Part shown: positions 7,950-15,806 of the stretch, piece after piece | How the letters are laid out: every line of letters starts with the position of its first letter | Position numbering within the stretch: the first letter of the stretch is position 1 | Source of the DNA: a virus | IMG/VR virus record: IMGVR_UViG_3300020183_000012 | Location: 82,720 to 146,719 of that record | Strand: one strand, 5' to 3' | DNA length: 64,000 nt | Notes under the pieces: generated by a model | What the model was told of the DNA's origin: nothing | Databases searched by the model: none | The model's input: only the letters and a program-made list of their open reading frames with translations | Program-made: the position numbers and the translations under genes

Positions 7950-8405
7950 ATGAACTTCAGGTACAACGATGGAGGACGAGCCGCTGCCGGATACAAGGGA
8001 CACACCGGAGACTGCGTGACTCGTTCGATTGCGATTATCACCGGGCTTCCGTATCAGGAGGTCTACGATGTCCTGTCGAACGGATGCCGCACTCAGCGCA
8101 TCACCCGTGGAGGTCGCTACAAGTCATCTGCCAGTAACGGAGTGAACACCAAGCGCAAGTGGTTCCGCGATTACATGGAGGCACTTGGCTTCCAGTATGT
8201 CGCAACGATGGGAATTGGCAGCGGGTGCAAGACCCATTTGCGTTCGGATGAACTGCCGAAGGGCCGTCTTATTGTGCAGGTCAGCAAGCATTACACCGCC
8301 GTGATTGACGGAGTAATCAACGATACCTTTGACCCGTCCCGTGACGGCACTCGTTGCGTCTACGGTTACTGGATTCACAAACCCCTGTCCAAGATCACTG
8401 CCTGA
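7950..8405 (+). CDS. conserved phage protein, possible papain-like fold
   Basis: YNDGGR...GDCVTR...KHYTAVIDG..NDT pattern (Cys/His/Asp). Confidence 0.75.
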   Translation: MNFRYNDGGRAAAGYKGHTGDCVTRSIAIITGLPYQEVYDVLSNGCRTQRITRGGRYKSSASNGVNTKRKWFRDYMEALGFQYVATMGIGSGCKTHLRSDELPKGRLIVQVSKHYTAVIDGVINDTFDPSRDGTRCVYGYWIHKPLSKITA

Positions 8406-8431
8406 TACCTCTCACACTGGAGAACCTGACC

Positions 8432-8911
8432 ATGCAAATCAAGATCACAATCAACCTCGCATGCAACAACGCCGCATTCGCCCCGGACGATGCTAGAGGA
8501 TCGAGCGTTGCGGCATACGAGGAGGTCATGCGCATCATCAACGACGGCACGATGCCTTGGGTCATCGAAACGGCACTTGAGACGGCGACCGATACCGTCA
8601 CCTCGCACATCGGGCGCATCCTGAAGGATGTGAACGGCAACACAGTCGGGCGCATCGATGCGGAGGTGCAGTCGGCGCGGATGCACCACGCGGCGGAGAT
8701 CCCAGCACCGTGCAGGAACGACTCGACACCAACAACGAAGACCGCGATCAGTGGATGGACCGATTCCGATCTGACGATTGTGCTAGAAGCCGCCTATCAG
8801 GCTCTGTCCGACAGTCGCACTGGAGCGTCCATTGCAGAGCGCATGGACATCAGTGACGATGAACTCGATGCGACCATCTTGCGCCTCCGCGCAGTGCTGT
8901 GGACTGACTGA
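8432..8911 (+). CDS. hypothetical protein
   Basis: GGAGAACC RBS; NAAF...LKDVNGNTVG motif. Confidence 0.75.
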   Translation: MQIKITINLACNNAAFAPDDARGSSVAAYEEVMRIINDGTMPWVIETALETATDTVTSHIGRILKDVNGNTVGRIDAEVQSARMHHAAEIPAPCRNDSTPTTKTAISGWTDSDLTIVLEAAYQALSDSRTGASIAERMDISDDELDATILRLRAVLWTD

Positions 8912-8980
8912 CCGATGTACGCCGCCGCGTGAAAGAAAGTTTCATCCAATGAATAAACTAATCGGACAAGGAGAACACCC

Positions 8981-9316
8981 ATGACATTCATTCCCGCCAA
9001 CTTTGATGCCGACCAGTACGAACTGTATACCCCCGACAACGGAGACCGGAGTCAGTCAGAGGATGCGGCAGCGAAGATCAATAACATCATCAACTGTCAA
9101 CTTCAGAACAACATCACGAATTGTCGCACCGCTGCGGTTGGTGCTGCCACGAAGATGCTCCGTGAGGTTGAGCGTCAGATCATCGCACTTGGATATGAAA
9201 AGAAGTTTGGTGCGCTAGACACCGAGCCTCGCTACATCATCCGCCTTGCAATCGCCCGTAACATCCGCAAGTGGGCGGATATGGAAGAATACGAGTTCAA
9301 CACGGACTCATTCTGA
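8981..9316 (+). CDS. hypothetical protein sharing its first 10 aa with ORF 6822
   Basis: MTFIPANFDA identical; repeat upstream. Confidence 0.8.
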   Translation: MTFIPANFDADQYELYTPDNGDRSQSEDAAAKINNIINCQLQNNITNCRTAAVGAATKMLREVERQIIALGYEKKFGALDTEPRYIIRLAIARNIRKWADMEEYEFNTDSF

Positions 9317-9348
9317 AACTTTCATCGGGCAAATAAACTAACTAGGCA

Positions 9349-9570
9349 ATGTTTCATCCTTCCCAACAGCACCGCAGAGGGACTCCCGTGATTCAACTCC
9401 ATGAAACTGTAATGGGTCAAAGGCTGATTCTTCGTGACATTCCGACTTTGGTTGACCAACTGGCTCTCCTCAACCGTAACCTTGAGGCGTTGACAATTCA
9501 ACTTTCCTCACTCCGTGCAGAACAGAAGCCTAACACCGAGGCTGAAGTTTCATCGGAGAAAATGAAATAA
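9349..9570 (+). CDS. hypothetical protein
   Basis: repeat upstream; start could be GTG 9388. Confidence 0.6.
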   Translation: MFHPSQQHRRGTPVIQLHETVMGQRLILRDIPTLVDQLALLNRNLEALTIQLSSLRAEQKPNTEAEVSSEKMK

Positions 9571-9587
9571 TCAAACAAAGGAATCCA

Positions 9588-9854
9588 ATGCACGAAGAAC
9601 TCATGACACTTGACCAGTATATCGAAGCCCTCAACGCCATGAAAAAGACGCATGGTGGGGACAGCCTGATCTTCGTCTTTGATCGCTCGTTCAGCGATCT
9701 TGCTACTCAGGTTAAGAAGATGGGCAAGCGAGAGTTTGACCGTGAAATGTCGGACGATGATGTGGACAGCATCATCTTCTCCATCAACCCGAGTCCTGTT
9801 CACGATGCCATCAACGGCGCGATTGAGAGTGCCTTTGATTCGTATGTGAAGTAA
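9588..9854 (+). CDS. hypothetical protein
   Basis: variant repeat with AAGGA RBS. Confidence 0.75.
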   Translation: MHEELMTLDQYIEALNAMKKTHGGDSLIFVFDRSFSDLATQVKKMGKREFDREMSDDDVDSIIFSINPSPVHDAINGAIESAFDSYVK

Positions 9855-9884
9855 ACTTTCATCGCAGGAATAAACTAACTGCGG

Positions 9885-9946
9885 ACTCGTCTGAGCGAGT
9901 ATAAACAGGGTATTAGGCTCAGAGCGGCAGGGAAACCTGCTTTACC
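9885..9946 (+). ncRNA. pistol self-cleaving ribozyme
   Basis: P1 ACTCG/CGAGT, loop TCTGAG pairs with CTCAGA (pseudoknot), ATAAACAG linker, P2 GGTA/TACC, TTAGG, GCG, P3 GCAGG-GAAA-CCTGC. Confidence 0.88.
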
Positions 9947-10145
9947 GCCTCCCACGCCATGCAGAAAGTCCGGACTTTCAGCACCGCGTTCCAACTGTGG
10001 TGAATGCGCAGCCGCAGGGGAGAAAGAGCGTCGGCATCCTTCCCTCGCTCAAGGTGTTAAAAAGGGTGCGAACGGAACCCACCGCAGCCCCACTAGACCC
10101 AAAGAGGAGAAATTCTCGCGGGAAAGGTGGGGCTGTGCGTTGGCA
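9947..10145 (+). ncRNA. candidate structured RNA downstream of the ribozyme
   Basis: no plus-strand ORF in track; stems CACCGC/GTGGTG, GAGCG/CGCTC, GGGT/ACCC, CGCAGCCCCAC/GTGGGGCTGTG; palindrome GAAAGTCCGGACTTTC. Confidence 0.5.
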
Positions 10146-10189
10146 AACTTACATCAGTCGAATAAACTAATTTCAGCAAGGAGGCTAAA

Positions 10190-10372
10190 ATGCTTGTAAT
10201 CACCCGTAGAGAAGGCGAAGAGATCGTGATAGGTGAGCCACGCGCACCGCTTGGGATCATCCGTATTGTAGCCATCAAGGGAAGCCAAGTTAAAGTGGCA
10301 CTTGAGTTCCCGAAGGAAGTCCCGGTGAACCGCCGCGAGATTGCGGAAGAGATCATCAGCGAAGAGGAGTGA
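10190..10372 (+). CDS. csrA: carbon storage regulator CsrA homolog 1
   Basis: MLVITRREGEEIVIG...VKVALEFPKEVPVNRREI matches CsrA pattern. Confidence 0.9.
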   Translation: MLVITRREGEEIVIGEPRAPLGIIRIVAIKGSQVKVALEFPKEVPVNRREIAEEIISEEE

Positions 10373-10376
10373 TCGA

Positions 10377-10598
10377 ATGAAAACCTTTCATGTGTGTTGG
10401 AAACTGAAGACGAGCGTGGTCACCGTGGAGGTGATTACGATGACGGGACGCGAAGACAGCATGGTGGAAAAGACCGCCATGCACAATCTCAAGCGCGACG
10501 GGGTCTTCATTGACAAAACTCGTCTTGAAAAACCGACCATCACTCTTGTCTACAGCGGGGAGTCAACAGCCAAAACTTTCATCGGGCAAATAAACTAA
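10377..10598 (+). CDS. hypothetical protein
   Basis: GGAG RBS; stop lies within next repeat. Confidence 0.6.
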   Translation: MKTFHVCWKLKTSVVTVEVITMTGREDSMVEKTAMHNLKRDGVFIDKTRLEKPTITLVYSGESTAKTFIGQIN

Positions 10599-10614
10599 CC
10601 CGACAAGGACAGAT

Positions 10615-10836
10615 ATGCTTAGCATCACCCGTTCAGAAGGCCAAGAAGTTGTGGTCGGAAATCCTGCCGCACCGCTTGGAATTATTCGGATTGAAAAGAT
10701 CAAGAGCGGGAAGGTAAGGATAACCTTTGACTTCCCAAGAGAGATGCCTGTGCATCGCGCTGAGGTTGCAGCCGAAATCTTGCGTGATCGGGAGGCTCAA
10801 GACAAGGAGTTCATGAAGAGGACTTTCGGGGAGTGA
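10615..10836 (+). CDS. csrA: carbon storage regulator CsrA homolog 2
   Basis: MLSITRSEGQEVVVG...VRITFDFPREMPVHRAEV. Confidence 0.85.
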   Translation: MLSITRSEGQEVVVGNPAAPLGIIRIEKIKSGKVRITFDFPREMPVHRAEVAAEILRDREAQDKEFMKRTFGE

Positions 10837-10879
10837 AACTTTCATCGGGCAAATAAACTAACTGCACAAGGAGAACCCA

Positions 10880-11422
10880 ATGCGACTTGTGATTGACGCA
10901 GAAACAAACGCAATCGACTTCAATGCTTGGAACAAGGGAGACAGTTCTTCGCTCAAGAAGATTCATTGCCTTTGCGCGATTGACGCAGACACCGGAGAGG
11001 AATACTCTTACGAAAGCGACACGCTGAACATAGGTCTGATCCATGTTTACTCTGCTGATATGCTGATCGGACACAACCTTGCGTTTGATATCCGTGCAAT
11101 GGAGGTGTGGAGTGGAACACCGCTTCCCTCCCGGATCAAGAAGAACTGCACTTACAAGTCCGTTAAGAAGATGTTTCCCCACGGCTTCCGCGAACACCGC
11201 ATCACCAACCCTGATCGCAAGGGGTCGAACTCGCTTGAGGCTTGGGGATACCGCTTGGGAGTCCACAAGGAAAAGCCTCCGATTGATTGGAGCAAGCCGG
11301 ATCCGTTGATGCTTGGTTACTGCTTGCAAGACTGCCGTGTGACGCTTGCGCTGCATCGCCTCATCGAACGCCGCAAGAGATGGGGAATGCTTTCCCCGCT
11401 CATTGAAACTTTCATCGGGTAA
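10880..11422 (+). CDS. stand-alone DEDDy 3'-5' exonuclease (family A polymerase proofreading type)
   Basis: ExoI IDAET, ExoII GHNLAFD, SLEAWGYRLG, ExoIII YCLQD. Confidence 0.85.
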   Translation: MRLVIDAETNAIDFNAWNKGDSSSLKKIHCLCAIDADTGEEYSYESDTLNIGLIHVYSADMLIGHNLAFDIRAMEVWSGTPLPSRIKKNCTYKSVKKMFPHGFREHRITNPDRKGSNSLEAWGYRLGVHKEKPPIDWSKPDPLMLGYCLQDCRVTLALHRLIERRKRWGMLSPLIETFIG

Positions 11423-11449
11423 ATAAACTAACTGGACAAGGAGAGTCTC

Positions 11450-11725
11450 ATGTGCAAGTCAAAGACTGACATCAGCCCGAAGGTCGCAGAGAACCTCATC
11501 AGCGAGATCAACCGTCTGAAGGCGAAACTGGACATCGCACCGCGTGTCGCCGTGAAGGGAAACCCGGACTCGCAGATGGTTGAGGTTTCTCGTACCGGAT
11601 TCGAGGACGCGCTTGACTGGATGGCGTTTATCATCCACCGTGCCTCTGAAACACCGGAGCAGCGCGAAGCCCGTGAGCAACTGGACGAACAGAACAGCGT
11701 CTACAATCGCGGACTGGGAATCTGA
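11450..11725 (+). CDS. hypothetical protein
   Basis: repeat upstream. Confidence 0.75.
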   Translation: MCKSKTDISPKVAENLISEINRLKAKLDIAPRVAVKGNPDSQMVEVSRTGFEDALDWMAFIIHRASETPEQREAREQLDEQNSVYNRGLGI

Positions 11726-11830
11726 GCCATCCTGTGTGGCGGGGTGCGGCAGTCCGAGCGGGCTGTCCACCCCGTCACCTTACGAACTTGCATCGGGGAA
11801 ATAAACTAACTGGACAAGGAGAACCCAGCC

Positions 11831-12070
11831 ATGATCGTCCACTTCGTCAAGTCCAACCCCGAATACCCGAACATGATCGTCTTCGTCTACGAGGACACCA
11901 TCAGCCTCTGCAAGGGCAGCACTGGCAACGCCATCGTGACCGCTTGGGCTAAGGCTGACCGCTCCGTCCCGAACGAGGACGAGGTTCACGACATCATCAG
12001 CGACTTCATTGAGCGTTGGCAGGACGAATACAGCCCGAGCGAGTGGAGCAAGTTCGCACCCGCCACCTGA
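11831..12070 (+). CDS. hypothetical protein
   Basis: repeat upstream. Confidence 0.75.
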   Translation: MIVHFVKSNPEYPNMIVFVYEDTISLCKGSTGNAIVTAWAKADRSVPNEDEVHDIISDFIERWQDEYSPSEWSKFAPAT

Positions 12071-12083
12071 CGAGGATCAACCA

Positions 12084-12323
12084 ATGAACACGACTCCGCT
12101 CCGCGTCTCGTTCACCTGCCCCTGCTGCAACAGCGGGGGCTTCTTCAGTCCTGAGTTGAAGTCTTTCGACCAAATCGCGGGTTCCACCACCGATTGTGGG
12201 AACTGCGATGCCCTCCTCATCGTGACCCTGGACGGGACTGTCGCACCGTTCCATGAGTGGGTTAACACGGGAGATTACCGTTGGCCGAAGGACGGCAAGG
12301 GGACGAGTTTCATTACCGTCTGA
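12084..12323 (+). CDS. zinc-ribbon protein
   Basis: GAGGA RBS; CPCC...CGNC. Confidence 0.7.
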   Translation: MNTTPLRVSFTCPCCNSGGFFSPELKSFDQIAGSTTDCGNCDALLIVTLDGTVAPFHEWVNTGDYRWPKDGKGTSFITV

Positions 12324-12366
12324 AACTTTCATCGGGCAAATAAACTAATCCGACAAGGAGAACCGA

Positions 12367-12645
12367 ATGACTTACAAGAAGGAAGGCTACATCTCGGTCG
12401 ATAGCGGTCAGATCATGATCATCGACCCGTGCTACATCAAGAAGGACTTTGAGAGCGAAAGCACCGACAAGGCGGGTCTGAACTACGCAGGTGCTTGCGC
12501 TGTCACCCTGTCGGAGAACCTCTGCGGTGAGTTCGGTGGCCTTGCGTTTGCCTCCTCCACCTATTCAGGTGACGGGGAATACCCTGTCTATGTCAAGCGT
12601 GACCGCTACGGCAAGATTCTCTCCGTCAAGATCAAGTTTGCCTAA
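12367..12645 (+). CDS. DUF4241-like protein
   Basis: VDSGQIMIIDPCY and GDGEYPVY motifs. Confidence 0.75.
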   Translation: MTYKKEGYISVDSGQIMIIDPCYIKKDFESESTDKAGLNYAGACAVTLSENLCGEFGGLAFASSTYSGDGEYPVYVKRDRYGKILSVKIKFA

Positions 12646-12774
12646 TGGGTGCATCATGGGGCGTGGCAGGGATTCTCTGACGAGATCCTGTGGCGGGTAG
12701 CCAACGGGTGCGTTCCTGACCACGCCCCTCCAATCTTTCATCGGGCAAATAAACTAATCGGGCAAAGAGAACCC

Positions 12775-13044
12775 ATGAACACCCGAATCACCATCAAGGA
12801 CTTGGATCGCGCTGTGATCGAACTGAACTCGCTCCTCGGCTACACGATGGGGCAGGAAGGATCGTTCTGCTTGCAGGGATCCTACGGCGGATGGCAACTT
12901 CAGCGCAAGTGTGGCATCGGAAACGAGGCCGTCACGAACGGATACATTCCGAAGCGCAAACTGTTTGACCGCATCACCGACATTCGACGGGGCGTACAGA
13001 TCACCAAGAAGGTGCTGAATCTCAACGCCTACTACACGAACTAG
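12775..13044 (+). CDS. hypothetical phage protein
   Basis: ATG directly after repeat; RITIKDL...SYGGWQL motif. Confidence 0.8.
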   Translation: MNTRITIKDLDRAVIELNSLLGYTMGQEGSFCLQGSYGGWQLQRKCGIGNEAVTNGYIPKRKLFDRITDIRRGVQITKKVLNLNAYYTN

Positions 13045-13091
13045 CAACAATCTTTCATCGGGGAAATAAACTAATCCGACAAGGAGAACCC

Positions 13092-13409
13092 ATGTCGAAC
13101 CAAGCAATGTACCGCGAAGGCGCACCCTGCCCGTGGGGAAAGATTCTTGACACTCAGAAAGTGGCTGACGGAATCCACTTCCTCAGCACCGCAGGACACG
13201 GAGGCTACCTTCTGTCCCGTGAGCGTTTCAATCAGATGCCCGAGCACCTACGCAACCTTTCGTTCACCTCCGATCAATACTTTGAGGAAGATGTTTCGTG
13301 GTGTGCCGTTCCAATCGCCTTCCCTGAGGCGTTCAGCAAGGGAACCGTTGCAGCCGCCCAAGACTGCTACGACTCATGGCTTCACAACAATCTTTCATCG
13401 GGCAAATAA
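13092..13409 (+). CDS. DUF7007-like protein
   Basis: PWG...ADGI...STAGHGG..LS.ER...FEEDxxW. Confidence 0.75.
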   Translation: MSNQAMYREGAPCPWGKILDTQKVADGIHFLSTAGHGGYLLSRERFNQMPEHLRNLSFTSDQYFEEDVSWCAVPIAFPEAFSKGTVAAAQDCYDSWLHNNLSSGK

Positions 13410-13432
13410 ACTAATCCGACAAGGAGAACCCA

Positions 13433-13825
13433 ATGAACCGGAACCTCAAGTACCTGACCGTTGCCCTGACTGGTGGAGCAGTCTCGTTTGCCGTGGCAAT
13501 CGCATTGGACAGATCCATGCCCAAGGCATTGACCTTCATCGCTACTGGTGTGGCAGCATCGCTCGTCTCCCACATCGTGCTGTCGCTCATGGTCGCACGG
13601 AAGGTCAACCGTGTGAGCAAGACGAGCAAGAAGTTCGGTGACTTCCACCACGATCTCAACCACCTCAAGTATCCGGTTTACAACCGCAGCAAGGTGATTG
13701 AGAAGGAATCACCTGCCGCACCGAAGGGCAAGACCAAGCCGAAGCGGAAGAACCCGCCAAAGGGAAAGAAGCCAAACCCGCCCACCGATGCGGTGAATGA
13801 CGCTTCAAGCCTCAACACCGACTGA
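13433..13825 (+). CDS. membrane protein with basic tail
   Basis: two N-terminal hydrophobic segments, K/P-rich C-terminus. Confidence 0.7.
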   Translation: MNRNLKYLTVALTGGAVSFAVAIALDRSMPKALTFIATGVAASLVSHIVLSLMVARKVNRVSKTSKKFGDFHHDLNHLKYPVYNRSKVIEKESPAAPKGKTKPKRKNPPKGKKPNPPTDAVNDASSLNTD

Positions 13826-13871
13826 AACTTGCATCAGGGAAATAAACTAACTGCACAAGGAGAACCCACCA

Positions 13872-14255
13872 ATGAGCAGCACCAAGACGATGATCCTGAT
13901 CAAGGTCGATGGAACCGTGAGCGAAATCCCTAACACCGGATACGAAAGCATCGTGGCCGCAATCGGCGGCGGTTACATTGAGGCAGTCCCGATGGGCGAT
14001 GGTCACGCAGCCTACATCGACGAGGAGGGCAAGTTGAAGAACCTCCCCATCAATCCGGTCGCAACCTTCCTGTGGTACAAGCGTCTGCGACCAATGGGAG
14101 ACTTCCTGTGCGGAGACTGCGTGGTTGTCCGCAGCGTCAACGACGAGGGCGAACTGGACGGCGAGGACTACACTCCCTGCCCCGAAATCCGCAAGACCGC
14201 AGATCAGATCACCGCGATGGACGACCTTGCACGGTGTCACTTCGTCACCCCCTGA
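13872..14255 (+). CDS. DUF3846-family protein
   Basis: GGYIEAV...IDEEGKLKNLPINPVAT...GDCVV. Confidence 0.85.
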   Translation: MSSTKTMILIKVDGTVSEIPNTGYESIVAAIGGGYIEAVPMGDGHAAYIDEEGKLKNLPINPVATFLWYKRLRPMGDFLCGDCVVVRSVNDEGELDGEDYTPCPEIRKTADQITAMDDLARCHFVTP

Positions 14256-14363
14256 CACATTGGGTTCCGCGTGTGGGGCAGGGCAGGCAGCGTCTCGCCT
14301 CCCTGCCCCACCGCGTTTCTTGCATCCGGAGAATAAACTAATCGGGCAAGGAGAACCCACCAC

Positions 14364-14534
14364 ATGACCACCAAGCCACCCACCGGACACCGACCCGGAA
14401 AGTTCGTACACGACGCCTTCCGAGCAGGCATCCGACTCCGCGCCAAGACTTGGGGCAAGCGGAACACCGACCCCCGCACCGAACGCAGACGCGCCAAGAG
14501 CGAACTGCGGCGGGAAGTTGCATCAGGGAAATAA
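14364..14534 (+). CDS. small basic protein, 56 aa (not in ORF track)
   Basis: MTTKPPTGHRPGKFVHDAFRAGIRLRAKTWGKRNTDPRTERRRAKSELRREVASGK; full repeat with RBS upstream. Confidence 0.7.
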   Translation: MTTKPPTGHRPGKFVHDAFRAGIRLRAKTWGKRNTDPRTERRRAKSELRREVASGK

Positions 14535-14579
14535 ACTAATCAGGCAAGGGAATAGTTCCCCTGCAAGGAGAACCCAACC

Positions 14580-14978
14580 GTGAAGCAGATCAGCAGCGTC
14601 AGCAAGGATACCGCCACCGCACTCCGCGATGCCGTCAAGACCCACTTCGACATCACCCCCGGAAGCGCGATGAGCGGCGAGATCACCTTCGCCATCACCT
14701 TCGACATGAAGCGCGGCGAACCGTACACCAAGACCGTCCCCCAAGCCGCTTGCCCGTGGACGCTACTCTCTGTGGCACTCCACCTCGCAGGATTCGGTCG
14801 CGGTCGCATCACCGAGATCGTCAGTACCGTGCAGCAGATGACCGATGAGCAGCGCAAGGAGTACCGCGACTCCATGAGCGAATCCGTCAAGGAAGTCATG
14901 GAAGGGATCGGCGCAACCACCGTCCGCACCGTGCCAGGAACGCAGACCTTCAACACCTTCACCGTGCAGGTCACCTAA
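14580..14978 (+). CDS. hypothetical protein
   Basis: CAAGGAGAACCC before GTG. Confidence 0.75.
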   Translation: MKQISSVSKDTATALRDAVKTHFDITPGSAMSGEITFAITFDMKRGEPYTKTVPQAACPWTLLSVALHLAGFGRGRITEIVSTVQQMTDEQRKEYRDSMSESVKEVMEGIGATTVRTVPGTQTFNTFTVQVT

Positions 14979-15091
14979 ACGGGTGAACCCACGGTCAGGA
15001 TGAACCAAGCAGGGCGTGGTGAGCCGTACACCGCGCCCTGTACCATTGTTGCATCGGGGAAACAAACTAACTAGACAAGAGGAACCCACCC

Positions 15092-15487
15092 ATGCCCACC
15101 ACTACCTACACCGCCGAAACCGTCCGCACCAAACTGATGACCGATGACGCTTGGCTCATTCGTGGCTTGCTTGCCATCTTCGCCCTACAGACCGAGGACG
15201 AACGCGCCGCAGGCAGCACAACCCATCACAACGGCGTAGGCTTCAACGGAGTGGATGCTTCGTTCTGCACCTCCCTTGTCGAGCAGTTCAAGGGGCGTGG
15301 CTCCCTGTCCCCCAAGCAGATCGCATCCCTCCGCAAGATCATGCCCAAGTACGCCGCGCAGTTGGCAGCCGTCGCCAACGCGAAGGCAGCCGCAGCCGCA
15401 GCCACAGCAGACGCAGACGCAGCCCGTGCAGCCGCAGCCGAAGCCGCTCACGAAGCCCGTCTGCAAGCCGAGTACGGCGAACCCTAG
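15092..15487 (+). CDS. conserved phage protein with Ala-rich tail
   Basis: QTEDE...NGVGFNGVDA...LSPKQ motif; repeat upstream. Confidence 0.8.
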   Translation: MPTTTYTAETVRTKLMTDDAWLIRGLLAIFALQTEDERAAGSTTHHNGVGFNGVDASFCTSLVEQFKGRGSLSPKQIASLRKIMPKYAAQLAAVANAKAAAAAATADADAARAAAAEAAHEARLQAEYGEP

Positions 15488-15806
15488 TAAGTCGAACCGG
15501 GCAGAGCAGCACGCCGCTACACTAGACCCTGCACAGACGGACTCAGCCACAGACCAACCGGAATCCGTGGGGTAACAAGTTGCATCCCGCGAATAGACTA
15601 ACTGTGCAACCGAACCACGAAAAAACCACGGACAAACCAGCGTCAAACTGAGCCGACCGGAAAGTGCCTTGGCGGCTACCCCCTACCGTACCCCCCTATT
15701 ACTTGGGGTAAAATCCCTCTGAGGGGATACCTTAGTGGGAAAATGGTAGTTTTTTAATTTTGGGTGGAAGGGATACCTTAGTGGGAGGTGGTATAGGTAT
15801 AATATT

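Larger units (their letters stand above)
521..15606 (+). promoter_or_regulatory. dispersed ~45-bp promoter/RBS repeat, about 30 copies
   Basis: consensus AA(A/C)(C/G)TT(T/G)CATC-N4-(A/G)AATAAACTAA-N3-GACAAGGAGAACCC-ATG near 525, 1141, 2205, 3477, 4017, 4467, 4928, 5580, 6780, 7502, 7908, 8938, 9317, 9546, 9855, 10146, 10574, 10837, 11407, 11786, 12324, 12734, 13050, 13390, 13826, 14318, 14517, 15048, 15578, with partial copies at ~4254 and ~5343. Confidence 0.9.

Noticed and set aside
9960-10110. RNase P RNA (GAAAGTCCGG resembles the P4 5' strand)
   Set aside because: No GAGGAAAG context, no 3' ACAGAA...GCTTA strand, too short; the motif is half of a palindrome.
12675-12700. Hammerhead core CTGACGA (also CTGATGA at ~62687)
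   Set aside because: No stem II followed by CGAAA in the right geometry.
521-15606. Integron attC cassette array
   Set aside because: Repeat is not palindromic, lacks RYYYAAC/GTTRRRY boxes, and no integrase is in the window.
578-15646. Numerous minus-strand and alternative-frame ORFs in the track
   Set aside because: Shadows of GC-rich plus-strand genes; recurring peptides such as VLLVxLVY are just the reverse-complemented promoter repeat.
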